Below are positions 29,385 to 40,093 of a stretch of DNA of 64,000 nucleotides, piece by piece (within the stretch, counting starts at the first letter, position 1; the number at the start of each line of letters is the position of its first letter). A program made the translations under genes and the position numbers. The notes beneath the pieces were generated by a model. That model was given only the letters and a program-made list of their open reading frames with translations. It made no database searches and was not told where the DNA came from. Origin of the DNA: an uncultured delta proteobacterium (lineage in GTDB: Bacteria > Desulfobacterota > Binatia > UBA9968); assembly GCA_963760795.1 (NCBI GenBank), contig CAVXEP010000002.1, positions 32,001-96,000 on the forward strand. The letters run 5' to 3'.

Positions 29385-30476
29385 TCACTTCATCGTGCAA
29401 TGCGGATGATAATCCATCTTGCAACGCGCGCCCGCTTTCTTCATCGCCACTTCGAACTCGGCGTGGATCTGCGGATCTTCGTCTTCGTACTCGATCTGAT
29501 CGCCGCCTTCTTTGACGCTCTTGTAGACATACGCCTTGCCGCCGGCTTTCGGCTTATCGCTGCCCCAACCGATGGCGAGAAAGAACACCGGCTCGGCGCT
29601 GCCGTTGAAGTGCTGGTGAAACCACATTTCCGGCGGCACGAACACGCTGCCGGGACCCCATTCGACGCGCTCCAACGGCTTATTTTCATGCCAGAGGATC
29701 GAGTAGCCGGTGCCGCGGATGATCAAAACGTGAATGCCCGGACCATGGCGGTGCGCTTTCTTGTAAGCGCCGACGCCCCAGTGCGAGACATGAGACTTCA
29801 CCGTCTGCTTGACCATGCGAAACACCGTGCTCTTGGCGCCGCCGCCGCGATCGAAACCGCCGGAATAAGTCTCGCACACGCGCACGTCGGCGACGAAGTT
29901 GGTCGCCCACTGCTGCGCCGGGGCGGCTTGCTTGAAGTAACCGTCCTCAGAGTTGTAACGGTCTTTGAAGACAAAAGGATTCTCGAAAACGAATTCGTGA
30001 TTGTTGAACGTGTCGATCACCCGCGGCGCGCTAGTCATGGCGATGTAGCGCGCCGAATCCAAACCTGACGCGTTGTGATGCTCATGCCACGCGTTCATCG
30101 GGATCGCAAAATAGCTGCCCTCTTGCCACTCGAAGGTCTCTTTGTGGCTTGGGTCGATCCACACCGAAGTCGCGCCCTGGCCTTTGAGAATGTAGATGGT
30201 TTCCTCGAACAAGTGGCGGTGCGCCTTTAGCGATTTCCCCGGCGGGATTTCCGCGATATAGGAATCGTTAAAGCCGCCGGTGCCCTCTAGATTGAGAAAC
30301 GCCGCCATGCCCGCACCGCTGGACTTCCAGGGTGCTAACTCAACCGCGTTAACATCTTGAATCGCCAAACCGCGATAGGTCGGCAAGCCTTCGTCTTTTT
30401 TCCACTGTTCGTAGGGCGAAACATACGCAACCCGTTCCTTAACTTCATCTTCCGCCGTGACCGGTGTGTCTGCCAT
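29385..30476 (-). CDS. Bicupin protein
   Basis: HRHLFEE..WHEHHN and KAHRHGPG..WFHQHFN motifs. Confidence 0.85.
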   Translation of the reverse strand: MADTPVTAEDEVKERVAYVSPYEQWKKDEGLPTYRGLAIQDVNAVELAPWKSSGAGMAAFLNLEGTGGFNDSYIAEIPPGKSLKAHRHLFEETIYILKGQGATSVWIDPSHKETFEWQEGSYFAIPMNAWHEHHNASGLDSARYIAMTSAPRVIDTFNNHEFVFENPFVFKDRYNSEDGYFKQAAPAQQWATNFVADVRVCETYSGGFDRGGGAKSTVFRMVKQTVKSHVSHWGVGAYKKAHRHGPGIHVLIIRGTGYSILWHENKPLERVEWGPGSVFVPPEMWFHQHFNGSAEPVFFLAIGWGSDKPKAGGKAYVYKSVKEGGDQIEYEDEDPQIHAEFEVAMKKAGARCKMDYHPHCTMK

Positions 30477-30565
30477 GTTTGTTTCCTCCGTTTTGATTTG
30501 ACTCAGTAATGCTTATGAAAAATACGCGATCACCTATGTGCCTATGTCCGATCTGCCATCCATCC

Positions 30566-31246
30566 TCATCCCACCGCCAACATCGCATCGGCGAGGGCGC
30601 CGCGCAAGGCGCGGTCGATCAGCAAGCCATCCCGCGTCGCCGCCAACACGGCCTGCGCCGCCGCTTCGCTGTCGACGTAGCGTTGGAAGATCGGCTCGAA
30701 GATATCTGAATGATCCTCGTCAGCCACCGCGTGAACTTCGGTCTGGAAATCCTTTTCCGCGATCTTCATTCCTAGCTCCGCCCGCTGCTTGCGCTTCCAG
30801 CGCTCGACCAAACCGCCGCCCTTGACAATGGCGTTGTTGTTGCGTCGTTCGAGGATATGCGAGTAGATCAAGCCCTCCAACCAGGGCTTCTCCCGCGCAC
30901 AGTAAAGCCAAGCGTAATGCGCGGCCTTGGCGCCGGGCGAGAGCTGCGACTCGTCGGCCAATTGCAAGTCGTCTTCGGTTACATGGGCGCGGCCCATGCG
31001 CTCGTCGTGGATCAGCTCGTCTTTCTCATGGGCCCAGATCGCCCGCTTGACTTCAAGCGGCGCCTTGCCGGAAACAAACGCCCAGCAGTCGCGCCGGTTG
31101 TTGGCATAGAAGGTCATATGATTTTGGTAGACTTCTACACGGCCAGGCGTGAGCTTCACGGCGAACAGTTTTTTGAACTCAGGGGTATCGAACTGCCGGT
31201 TGACCATTTCATCGATGGTCGGACGTATGTTGGGCCAATGAGACAT
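30566..31246 (-). CDS. Heme-oxygenase-like diiron protein (PqqC/CADD/TenA superfamily)
   Basis: HEKDEL..AH, ILERR and HAVADEDH helical metal-ligand pattern. Confidence 0.65.
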   Translation of the reverse strand: MSHWPNIRPTIDEMVNRQFDTPEFKKLFAVKLTPGRVEVYQNHMTFYANNRRDCWAFVSGKAPLEVKRAIWAHEKDELIHDERMGRAHVTEDDLQLADESQLSPGAKAAHYAWLYCAREKPWLEGLIYSHILERRNNNAIVKGGGLVERWKRKQRAELGMKIAEKDFQTEVHAVADEDHSDIFEPIFQRYVDSEAAAQAVLAATRDGLLIDRALRGALADAMLAVG

Positions 31247-31283
31247 GGTTAATGCTCCATAACTATTCACGATAAGAAGTCAT

Positions 31284-32423
31284 TCACGCAACCGAGATCT
31301 TGTACAACTGCGCCGCGTTCTGCCACAGGATTTTCTGTTTATCGGCGTCCGCCACGCCGGCGAAACTTTTCGCCAGCGCCGCTTGGGTATTCGGCCAGGT
31401 CGAGGTCGCTTGCGGGAATTGGCTCGACCATAAAATATTGTCCGTGCCGATATAGTCACGCACGCGCAGGCTGGCGCGATCGTACCAGCCGACCAAGTAA
31501 CATTGCCGTTTGAACAGCTCCGACGGCATGAGATCGTAGCCGTTCTGCGGCAACTGGTCGCCGGTGGCCTGAAAGTCGGTGTACTCCAGTAAATAGGCAC
31601 CCCAGCCGAGCCCGCTTTCGGCCAAGACGATTTTTAGTTTGGGGAAGCGCATTAAAATCTTCGAGATCAAAAGATTGACCAACACCGAAACCGAACTCGC
31701 CGGCCGGGTGATCGCCTCAATCGCCGCCACGGTGGCCGGCGCATAACCTTCATACGCGGGAATTTGAATCTTCGCCGACGCGCCGGCATGAAAACAGATC
31801 GGCACACCGAGCTCCTGGCACGCCGCCCATACCGGATCGTAAACCGCATCGTTAATATGCGGCAATTCGCGCAATTCCATGGGAATCGATGGATAGATTA
31901 CGCCGCGGTGGCCGTTGGCGACGCAGCGGCGGATTTCCGTAACCGTCGACTCGATCGGCGCCAGCGGCACGATGCATTGCGGCACGAAGCGTGGACTGAC
32001 GCCCGCCCATTCTTCGAGCAGCCAGTCGTTGTAGGCTTGCACACAAGCGAGCTCCAATTCGCCATCTTCGATGCGGCCGAAATTTTGCCCGCCAATCCCG
32101 GCCACGGTTGGATAGAGCACCGCATAGTCGATGCCCGCCGCGTCCATCGCTTTTATACGTTCCTTGGGATCGTAGACGACCGCGGGCACGTCGGTCCAAC
32201 GCTGCGGGTTTTCCGTTCGCTGTGACATCAGCGCACCGCAATCGGCGACGCCAGCCAACGCAATCTCGCGCCCGTCGATCAACCACCGCTCCTTGCCGTT
32301 AGAATTTTTTGCCACATGCGGAATACGCTCGCCCCACTTGGCCCGCGACAAGCGCCTGGTCCACACCTCGGGATGTTCCTGGACATGTTCGTCGACACTG
32401 ATGAATTTATTGTTGGTTGGCAT
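31284..32423 (-). CDS. Amidohydrolase family 2 protein
   Basis: ISVDEH, VLYPT, AYNDWL, WSSQFPQ (non-canonical). Confidence 0.87.
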   Translation of the reverse strand: MPTNNKFISVDEHVQEHPEVWTRRLSRAKWGERIPHVAKNSNGKERWLIDGREIALAGVADCGALMSQRTENPQRWTDVPAVVYDPKERIKAMDAAGIDYAVLYPTVAGIGGQNFGRIEDGELELACVQAYNDWLLEEWAGVSPRFVPQCIVPLAPIESTVTEIRRCVANGHRGVIYPSIPMELRELPHINDAVYDPVWAACQELGVPICFHAGASAKIQIPAYEGYAPATVAAIEAITRPASSVSVLVNLLISKILMRFPKLKIVLAESGLGWGAYLLEYTDFQATGDQLPQNGYDLMPSELFKRQCYLVGWYDRASLRVRDYIGTDNILWSSQFPQATSTWPNTQAALAKSFAGVADADKQKILWQNAAQLYKISVA

Positions 32424-32466
32424 GCAAGTGTTTCTTTCGCCTAAATAGGGTTCCGCAATTACCCGA

Positions 32467-32547
32467 GTCATTCCGGCGTAAACCGGAATCCAGCATTCGA
32501 ACCAACCCCGCAACAACAACCTGGATGTCGGTTTTCACCGGCATGAC
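32467..32547. repeat. GTCATTCCGGC..GGAATCCAG / CTGGAT..CCGGCATGAC palindromic element
   Basis: Second copy at 62528-62606. Confidence 0.75.
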
Positions 32548-32565
32548 GGAAAAGAACTAGATTAT

Positions 32566-33717
32566 TCAAGCCACCCCATACAGCCGCAGCGCGTTGCCGT
32601 AACACATTTTCTTGCGCTCATCTTCCGGCACGCCGGCCAGCGAATCCTCGACAAAACTCCACGAGCGCGGATAAGTCGCGGCGATATGCGGATAGTCCGA
32701 CTCCCACATGATATTGTCGACACCGACCCACTCGCGCAATTCGATACCGGCCTTCTCGTACCAGAAGTCGACGTAGATTTGCCGGCGAAACACTTCGCTG
32801 GGCCGAGTGTTGATGCCTTCCTTCCACAGCTGCCGCGTCTCCCATTCGTGATCGCTGGCTTCGAGCACATAGCTCACCCAGCCAAAACCGGTTTCGGCGC
32901 AGGCCCAGTTGAGGCGCGGATGGCGATCGAGGATGCCGGAAAATATTAAATTGGGGATCAGTTGCGCCGGCGTCGCGCACAAGCGCGAAGTCGATACCGT
33001 ATGCAATTCTTTTTTAGTGAAACCGTTCCACTTGGGCAGCGACAACTGCTCGACCAGACCCGACGAACCATGCCAGTGCATCGGTACGCCCAAGGCGGCG
33101 CAGCAAGCCCAGAGCGGCTCCCAAAACGGATCGTTCATGCGCTTGAGCCCTTTCTTGGTAAACGCCGGCTCGGCCAACATCACCACGCCGCGGTGGCCGC
33201 GCTTGACCGAGCGCTCGACCTCGGCGACGACCACGTCGATCTCGCTCATGTAAGGAATGATCGCCACCGGCACATAACGGTCGCTGACCTCGCGCCATTC
33301 CGCCAGGGCATCGTTATACGCCTGCACGCAGGCGAGCTCGAACTCGGCATCGGCCTGAAGAAACGCGAAGTTCGACACCGGCCCGTTCGGATAGAGCACC
33401 TCGCCGTCGACCCGATCTTCGTCCAGCGCGTTTAGCCGCGCGGCGGGATCGTAGACGATATCCGGCACTTCCTGCCAGCGCCGCGGATAATAGCCGCGCG
33501 CCACGCCGCCCGGCATCGCCGCCGGACAGTTGCACACCCACTCGCTGCGCACCTTGCCGTTGACCATCCAGCGGTCGACCTGCTTGCCGTCCTCGTCGAC
33601 CTCGACGATCTGCGGTATGCGTTCGCCCCATTTATGCTTGGACATTCTCTTCGTCCAAGCATCGCGGTCCAACTGCGCATGGGAATCACAGCTAAACAGA
33701 CCAAATTTAACTTCCAC
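32566..33717 (-). CDS. Amidohydrolase family 2 protein
   Basis: SCDSH, EVLYPN, MWESDYPH motifs. Confidence 0.88.
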   Translation of the reverse strand: MEVKFGLFSCDSHAQLDRDAWTKRMSKHKWGERIPQIVEVDEDGKQVDRWMVNGKVRSEWVCNCPAAMPGGVARGYYPRRWQEVPDIVYDPAARLNALDEDRVDGEVLYPNGPVSNFAFLQADAEFELACVQAYNDALAEWREVSDRYVPVAIIPYMSEIDVVVAEVERSVKRGHRGVVMLAEPAFTKKGLKRMNDPFWEPLWACCAALGVPMHWHGSSGLVEQLSLPKWNGFTKKELHTVSTSRLCATPAQLIPNLIFSGILDRHPRLNWACAETGFGWVSYVLEASDHEWETRQLWKEGINTRPSEVFRRQIYVDFWYEKAGIELREWVGVDNIMWESDYPHIAATYPRSWSFVEDSLAGVPEDERKKMCYGNALRLYGVA

Positions 33718-33740
33718 TGATCGCTCCCCCTATCCGAGGA

Positions 33741-33775
33741 TTTCAACGTTTTGAACGGCTTGAACGTTTTGAACT
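33741..33775. repeat. Family A repeat
   Basis: tttcaacgttttgaacggcttgaacgttttgaac. Confidence 0.75.
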
Positions 33776-33785
33776 GACCTATATT

Positions 33786-34794
33786 TCATCGTCCCAAAAA
33801 AATCTCGTTGAACTGTTTGATATGTTTCCCCGCGTCGCCCTCATACTTGATGACATGGGGCGCCTGCTCGATGAGTTCGGCGACGCGCTTGGAATCCGCC
33901 TCGACACCTTTGCGCAAAGGAATCTTGTCGATTTCCTTAAGTGCTCTTTGTCCTTCTTCCGATAGATAAAAGTCAACCAGTAGGCGCGCCGCGTTAGAAT
34001 GGGGCGCGTTCTTCGACACCGCCACCGAGGAGACTGTGGCGAACGACGGGTCCAGAGGGTATCCAATCCACCGGTCCGTTGCGCTCGCGGATTTTTTCCA
34101 GCTTGGTCACCTGCATGAACGCGACCAAGGAAAACTCACCAGCCGCCAGCAGCTGGGAAATTTTCGTATAACCGTTATGTAAGATCGGCCCCTGCTTCGA
34201 GAAGGCGCGCATGTAGGCGAGCGCTTTGTCTTCGCCGTTAAGCTCCGCCATGCCGATCAGCGGATTGTTGGTGCCGATGTGAAAGGCCATCTTGTTTTTG
34301 TATTCCGGCTTCAAGTAGTCGGCATAACGGCGCGGCGCCGCCTTGACGTTGATTTGCGAAGTGTTCACGCCGGTCACCAAAACATCCGTCGTGATCCCCG
34401 ACCAGAACCCTTTCGGGTCCATGAAACCCTTGTGAATGAACTTCGCTTCCGGACTGGTGTAGTTCGCCAGCACGCCAATATCGCGCAGATAGTTCATCGA
34501 GTCGGGGCTGACACCGTAAACATCGGCGAGATGCTTGCCGGCGCGAAACTCCGCCACCGCGCGGGAAACCAATGTCGCCGCGCCCAGACGCACATGATTC
34601 ACTTTCAAAAATGGATACCTTTTGACCAACGCCTTGTGAAATACCTGGAAGTCCGACACCACCATGGTGGTGTAGAGCACCACTTCGCCTTCCTTGCGGG
34701 CGTGATCGATCTCCGCCGCCGCGGAGCCCATTGCCCATGCGACAGAAGACATCAGCAGCATTGTAATGAATCGAATCATGACAATCCCCTTCAT
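33786..34794 (-). CDS. ABC substrate-binding protein, Fe3+-like (frameshift near 34060)
   Basis: ARKEGEVVLYTT; the C-terminal NAPHSNAARLLVDF is in the next frame. Confidence 0.83.
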
Positions 34795-34814
34795 CTAATG
34801 CTTCAAGACGTCAC

Positions 34815-35849
34815 TCACACGTAGTCCGCATGCTCGCCCTGGTGCGTCAGTGACAATCCCAGATTGTCCATCGCCAACCGCGTGTTGATGCCGAGGATGC
34901 GCAACGGCTCCGTGCCGGTGTTGAAATACTGGTGCCACTGAAACACCGGGATCGACAAGACATCGAGCGTATCGAAGTCGAAGGCTTTGTCCTCGACGAT
35001 CACCCTGCCCTTGCCGCCGACGATCAGATTGATCTCGTCGTAGAGATGCCGGTGCGCGCCGGAGCGTTTGCCCGGCGGAATCTCCGCCATCACCACACCG
35101 AGCGCTTTGGCGTGAAAACCGATGCGCGGATCGACGACGTAGGCGAGATTGCCCATCGCCGTCGGTTCGAAGACCAAGTCTTTCTGCTTGACCAACACTT
35201 TGCTGTCACGTCGCAGCTGCTCCTCATGCATGGCAAAGGCAACCTGCTCGGCATACATCTCTGCGGCACGGTTGCTGCCGACTTTGCCGTTATCGATGGA
35301 ACCGCCACCGCCGGGAATCAACGTCTTGCGTGCGTCTTCGCCCTCCTGCGCGTAGATCCAGAATTCCGGAAACCGTTCATCCTCGTAGACCGCTTGGCCC
35401 AGACCCAACGACAACGGTCCAGTGGTCGAGGCGATACGCAGCACCGGTTCGTCGCCGTCGTTGACATGGCGGTGCCAGGAGAACATCGGCACGCTAAGTA
35501 AATCCCCAGGGCCCCAGTCGTAGCGCACGCCATCGATGATGCTGTGGCCCTTGCCCTTGAGAAAATAAATGATCGCTTCCACCGTGTGGCGATGGCCGAG
35601 GCCGCGCCACTCTTGGCCCTCTTCGGTGTGCGGCGGAATCACATCGTACCACAGCCGGTGCGTGTGATTGTTCGAGCCCAACCGAGCGTCGACGACGTAA
35701 ATATGTTTGTGCTCGCCCAACTGCTTTTCGATATCGGGCCACTTGAAGAGAATCTCCTGCCCCTTGCGCCGCCCCTGTTCGTCCTTGGCGAACTTGACGC
35801 TATGCATCATCAGTTCGGTATGGGTTTCTTTAATCGACTTTACTTCCAT
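34815..35849 (-). CDS. Bicupin (gentisate 1,2-dioxygenase-like fold)
   Basis: GHRHTVEA..WHRHVN and GAHRHLYDE..WHQYFN motifs. Confidence 0.82.
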   Translation of the reverse strand: MEVKSIKETHTELMMHSVKFAKDEQGRRKGQEILFKWPDIEKQLGEHKHIYVVDARLGSNNHTHRLWYDVIPPHTEEGQEWRGLGHRHTVEAIIYFLKGKGHSIIDGVRYDWGPGDLLSVPMFSWHRHVNDGDEPVLRIASTTGPLSLGLGQAVYEDERFPEFWIYAQEGEDARKTLIPGGGGSIDNGKVGSNRAAEMYAEQVAFAMHEEQLRRDSKVLVKQKDLVFEPTAMGNLAYVVDPRIGFHAKALGVVMAEIPPGKRSGAHRHLYDEINLIVGGKGRVIVEDKAFDFDTLDVLSIPVFQWHQYFNTGTEPLRILGINTRLAMDNLGLSLTHQGEHADYV

Positions 35850-36051
35850 CCAATCCTCCAGACTCCAATTGTTCGCTCGCTGCCGGTAACGCTAACCCGC
35901 CACCGACGCGGCTGACTGTATAACAACGATTAAACCATGCCAAGAATCCAGCGGCGCTCTCGGTGGCGGCACTGATCACGCGGAGAATCGATGGTCACGA
36001 AACTCGGTGGCGACGGTGAAGTTAAGGGAACAGCCGGCGGTGAAGCACGCT

Positions 36052-37132
36052 TTACCGTCCGGCCAGAAAAATCTGCCGGAACTCGCGGGCGCTTTCCTCT
36101 AGCAGCGGCGCAAGAAATTCCCCGTCGGCGACGAACAACTCTTTTTCCATCAGCTCGGGAAATCTTGGTTTTACCCCTTTGCGCAATACCACGCGGCCGA
36201 AGCTTGTGACCATATTCTGGCCTTCCTCCGAAAGCGACCAATCGATCAACAGCGCCGCGGCGTGGGGATGAACCGCGTGCTTGGCGAGCAGAATCGAATT
36301 GGACAGAGCGAGATAGGGATCCAGGATCGACATGTCCAGCGGCGCGCCCCTGGATTTATAATCCAACATGGTGTTGCCCGACTGCACGATGCCGATGGCG
36401 CGTTCGCCGGCAACCAGAAGCTGGGCTTGCGCCGTGCGCCCGCGCATCATCGTCGGTTCCTGTTTCGCCAACGCGCGCATATACTGCAGCCCTTTGTCCC
36501 GGCCAAAATGCTTGAGCAGCACCGCAAACCAGTCATAGGCCTCGTTGTCGAGGTACATCTGCCCTTTCCACTTGGGCTGCAAGCAGGTCGTCGTAACTTT
36601 TCGGCACGTCGGCGCGCTTGACCAAGTTGGTGTTATAGCCCAACACCATGGTGAGGAAGGACATCGCCGTGAAATAGCCATCTTTGTCTTTCGCCGACGG
36701 CGGGTAGAAATCCCGCTGCGGCGAGAAGTACGGGTCCAGGGTACCGACTTTTTTCAGCGCCGCGGCTTCCTCCCCCGAAACATTGATAACATCGACTAAA
36801 TTTTTGCCGGCGTTCATCTCGGATTGTATGCGCACGACCACCTTGCTGCCGGAGATGCGCGCGGCATTTACTTTGAGAAATGGGTAGCGTTTTTGAAATG
36901 CCCGGGTGAACGGCTCGACCTGCGGCGGCTGCAACGAACTGTAAAAAGTCACCTCCTTCTCCGCTCGCGCGCCTTCCACGAGCGCCTTCTGCCTGGCTTC
37001 TGGAGAGAGCTTGGCGAGCTTGGCGAGCAGCGCTCCGGCGCTCTCCTGCGCCAGCACCGGCACCGGCGCCATGAAAACCATGGCGCACAGAACTGCCGAA
37101 AGATTTCCGCCGACCGCAGTTTTCATTACCAT
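36052..37132 (-). CDS. ABC substrate-binding protein, Fe3+-like (frameshift near 36583)
   Basis: GARAEKEVTFYSS, YNTNLV..PKSYDDL / QPKWKG, HPHAAALLIDW; RBS aaggag. Confidence 0.85.
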
Positions 37133-37259
37133 ACTCCTTACGGTTGCCAAACTTTGAAAGCTAGTAATTAAGGCAGAGAAAAATCGCGCCATCATCGGGC
37201 CTCTGGGCTCACTCACCTGGCAAACTTCTATGCCGCGTCCGGTCAACCTGTCAAGGCGA

Positions 37260-38277
37260 TCATTGCCAAAGCTTGGCGACTTCAGGCAGCTTGCTCAGCG
37301 CCTGGATCACCTCTGCTGGAGTCAGTTCGGCAAGACCAGCGCGGTTTGAAAAGGACTGCGATTGCGCGCCGTCACAGGGCGAACCGTTGAGCGTGCGGCG
37401 TAGAATCGTCACCCGCGGTCCGCGCGGCGCCCACTGCCGCTCATCCGACGGACCGAAGAGCGCCACCGTGCGGCAACCAACCGCAGCGGCGAGATGGGAC
37501 ACGCCGCTATCGTTGCCGATATAAAGATCGCCGCGCGCGAGCAATGCCGCCAACTGCGCCGAGGTCGAGACCGCTAGCGACGACGCAAGCAGACGACAAT
37601 TGCTCATATCCGCCGCGTTCCATCTCGACCGGGCCAACCACGACCACAGCGCTGCCACCAAGCCGATCGCGCCACCAGTGAACGATCTGGAGAAAATGGG
37701 ATTGCGGCCAATTCTTTTCTCTAGCGCCGCTCCCGGGAGCGACAATCAGCAGCGGCTCCCTGCCAATCCCTGCGCGCCGACAGAATGCGTCGCACCAAAG
37801 CCGCGCATCGGCACGCAGCGTCACTAGCGGCGCGAAATCGTCCTGCGCCCTGCTGTTGAGACAAGAAAGATAATAGTCCGCTTGGTGGACAGGACACTGG
37901 GCCGGGCGAAACGGAAAAATCTGTGCGCGCCCCTGCGCAACAGTCTGGAGTTGGTCAACGAACACCGGCTGCTGGCTGGCGAACCAAGAATAGATCGCGG
38001 CATAGGCCGCGAAGAATTGGCTCACGCGCTGGTCGCGAGCGCCGTCGCCCATGAATAATTGGCGTACTTCGAAGCGTTCCAACGAAAGCACGCGCACGCC
38101 ATCCGGCTCGATGGCGGCAAATTCACTGCGGGCTAAAAGATCGACGGAGTATGATTTAGTTAGTTCGTGAAGCGCCGGCAAGAAACAGATAAAGTCGCCC
38201 AGCGCGCCGGGAAATAGCACACAAACTCGCGGCAAAGTCATCTGTGCGGGTAAGGTTTCGAGTGAATTCATTGACAT
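37260..38277 (-). CDS. Glycosyltransferase family 9 (heptosyltransferase-like; frameshift near 37560)
   Basis: GALGDF, APGSG..KNWP, IGNDSGVSHLAAA..LFGP motifs. Confidence 0.85.
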
Positions 38278-38299
38278 TAACCGTCCAAGAATATAGCAT
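38271..38299 (+). promoter_or_regulatory. Sigma70-like promoter of cysK
   Basis: TTGACA-17 bp-TAGCAT. Confidence 0.5.
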
Positions 38300-38351
38300 T
38301 TTGCCATTAGCAAATCTAAATTCACTCCCTTCATGAAAGTCGAGACAATCC

Positions 38352-39305
38352 GTGGCTAGCTCCAATGGTGCGCGGTCGATATTGGATCTGATCGGCTCCA
38401 CCCCCGTCGTAAAACTCAGAAGCCTTCCCGGAAAAGACGACGCCGAAGTGTGGGCCAAAATGGAATCCTTCAATCCGGGCGGATCGGTCAAGGACCGCAT
38501 TTGCTTGCACATGATCGAGACCGCCGAGCGCCAAGGCAAGATCAAGCCCGGCGCGACCATTGTCGAGTCCACCAGCGGCAATACCGGTATCGGCCTCGCG
38601 TTAATCGCGGCGGTCAAGGGTTATAAATTGATCCTTACCATGCCCGATACCATGAGCGAGGAGCGCCGCAGCCTGCTTTCGGCCTATGGCGCGCATTTGG
38701 TTCTTACACCGGACACCAAGGGCATGGGCGGCGCGATTCACAAAGCTGAAGAGCTGCTCCAGGAAAACGGCGACTTCTACATGCCGCAGCAGTTTAACAA
38801 TCCGGCCAACCCGGAGATTCACCGCAAGACCACGGCGGTTGAACTGCTCAAGCAATTCAAGCGCATCGACGCCTTTGTCGCCGGTGTCGGCACCGGCGGC
38901 ACCATTACCGGTGTCGGTGAAGTGCTCAAAGAAAAAATGAAAGGCGTCAGAATCTGTGCCGTCGAACCGGCGTCCTCGCCGGTGATTTCCGGCGGCGAAC
39001 CGGGATATCACAAAATCCAGGGCATCGGTGCCGGCTTCATTCCAGCCGTGTTGAACCGGGATATTCTCGACGAAGTGATCCTGGTAACCGACGAGGAAGC
39101 AACCCATCACGCTCGCCGACTGGCTGCCGAGGAAGGCCTGCTGGTTGGGATCTCATCGGGCGCCGCCTGCTGCGCCGCGTTAAAAGTTGCGCAAAAACTC
39201 GGCAAAGGCCATGTGGTCGTCACCCTTTTCGCCGACAAGGGCGAGCATTACCTGAGCACCGATCTTTTTAGCGACAAACGATGGACGCAAAGTTCAGCCA
39301 GCTAA
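38352..39305 (+). CDS. cysK: Cysteine synthase A
   Basis: [30 protein letters not shown] motifs. Confidence 0.93.
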   Translation: MASSNGARSILDLIGSTPVVKLRSLPGKDDAEVWAKMESFNPGGSVKDRICLHMIETAERQGKIKPGATIVESTSGNTGIGLALIAAVKGYKLILTMPDTMSEERRSLLSAYGAHLVLTPDTKGMGGAIHKAEELLQENGDFYMPQQFNNPANPEIHRKTTAVELLKQFKRIDAFVAGVGTGGTITGVGEVLKEKMKGVRICAVEPASSPVISGGEPGYHKIQGIGAGFIPAVLNRDILDEVILVTDEEATHHARRLAAEEGLLVGISSGAACCAALKVAQKLGKGHVVVTLFADKGEHYLSTDLFSDKRWTQSSAS

Positions 39306-40093
39306 CCGAGATCCTGCGGCAATCGGAGCGTGCGCTGGTGGCGTTCTCCGCCGGCGTCGATTCGACATTTTTGTTGAAAGCCGCGCATCTCGCCTTGGGC
39401 GATGGCGCCATCGCGTTGACCGCTTCATCGGCATCCGTGCCACCAGGCGAGCTTGACGCGGCCAAGCATTTCGCCGCCAGCTTAGGCTGCCGCCATATCA
39501 TCCTCGACTCACACGAAATCGACAATCCTGCCTACGCGCAGAATCCGGTCAATCGTTGCTTCTTCTGCAAAGACGAGCTCTATCGGATCTGCCGCGGGCA
39601 AGCGGACAGGATGGGGATCGCAACCATCGTCGATGGCACGAACTTGGATGACCTCAAGGATCATCGGCCAGGGCTGCAAGCGGCGGATCAATGGCGCGTG
39701 CGCCACCCACTGGTCGAAGCCGGCATGACCAAGGACGACATTCGCCGCTACAGCCGTGAACTGGCTTTGCCGACCTGGGACAAACCGTCAAGCCCCTGCC
39801 TGTCGTCGCGCTTTCCCTATGGCACCGCCATCGATCTGGAAAAACTCAAGAAGGTGGGCGCCTGCGAGGTGTTTTTGAAAGGATTGGGCTTCCGTGAGTT
39901 TCGCGTGCGCTATCACGGCGATCTGGCAAGAATTGAAGTCAACCAGAACGAAATCGACCGGCTCTTCGACAAGACGATCAGAGACGCGATCGTCACACGT
40001 TTCAAAGAGGTGGGATTTAGTTTCGTGAGTCTCGACCTACAGGGCTTCCGTAGCGGCAGCTTGAACGAAGGTCTCAAAGCGCCGGCACATTAA
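39281..40093 (+). CDS. larE: ATP-dependent sulfur transferase LarE (PP-loop)
   Basis: [44 protein letters not shown] motifs. Confidence 0.9.
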   Translation: MDAKFSQLTEILRQSERALVAFSAGVDSTFLLKAAHLALGDGAIALTASSASVPPGELDAAKHFAASLGCRHIILDSHEIDNPAYAQNPVNRCFFCKDELYRICRGQADRMGIATIVDGTNLDDLKDHRPGLQAADQWRVRHPLVEAGMTKDDIRRYSRELALPTWDKPSSPCLSSRFPYGTAIDLEKLKKVGACEVFLKGLGFREFRVRYHGDLARIEVNQNEIDRLFDKTIRDAIVTRFKEVGFSFVSLDLQGFRSGSLNEGLKAPAH

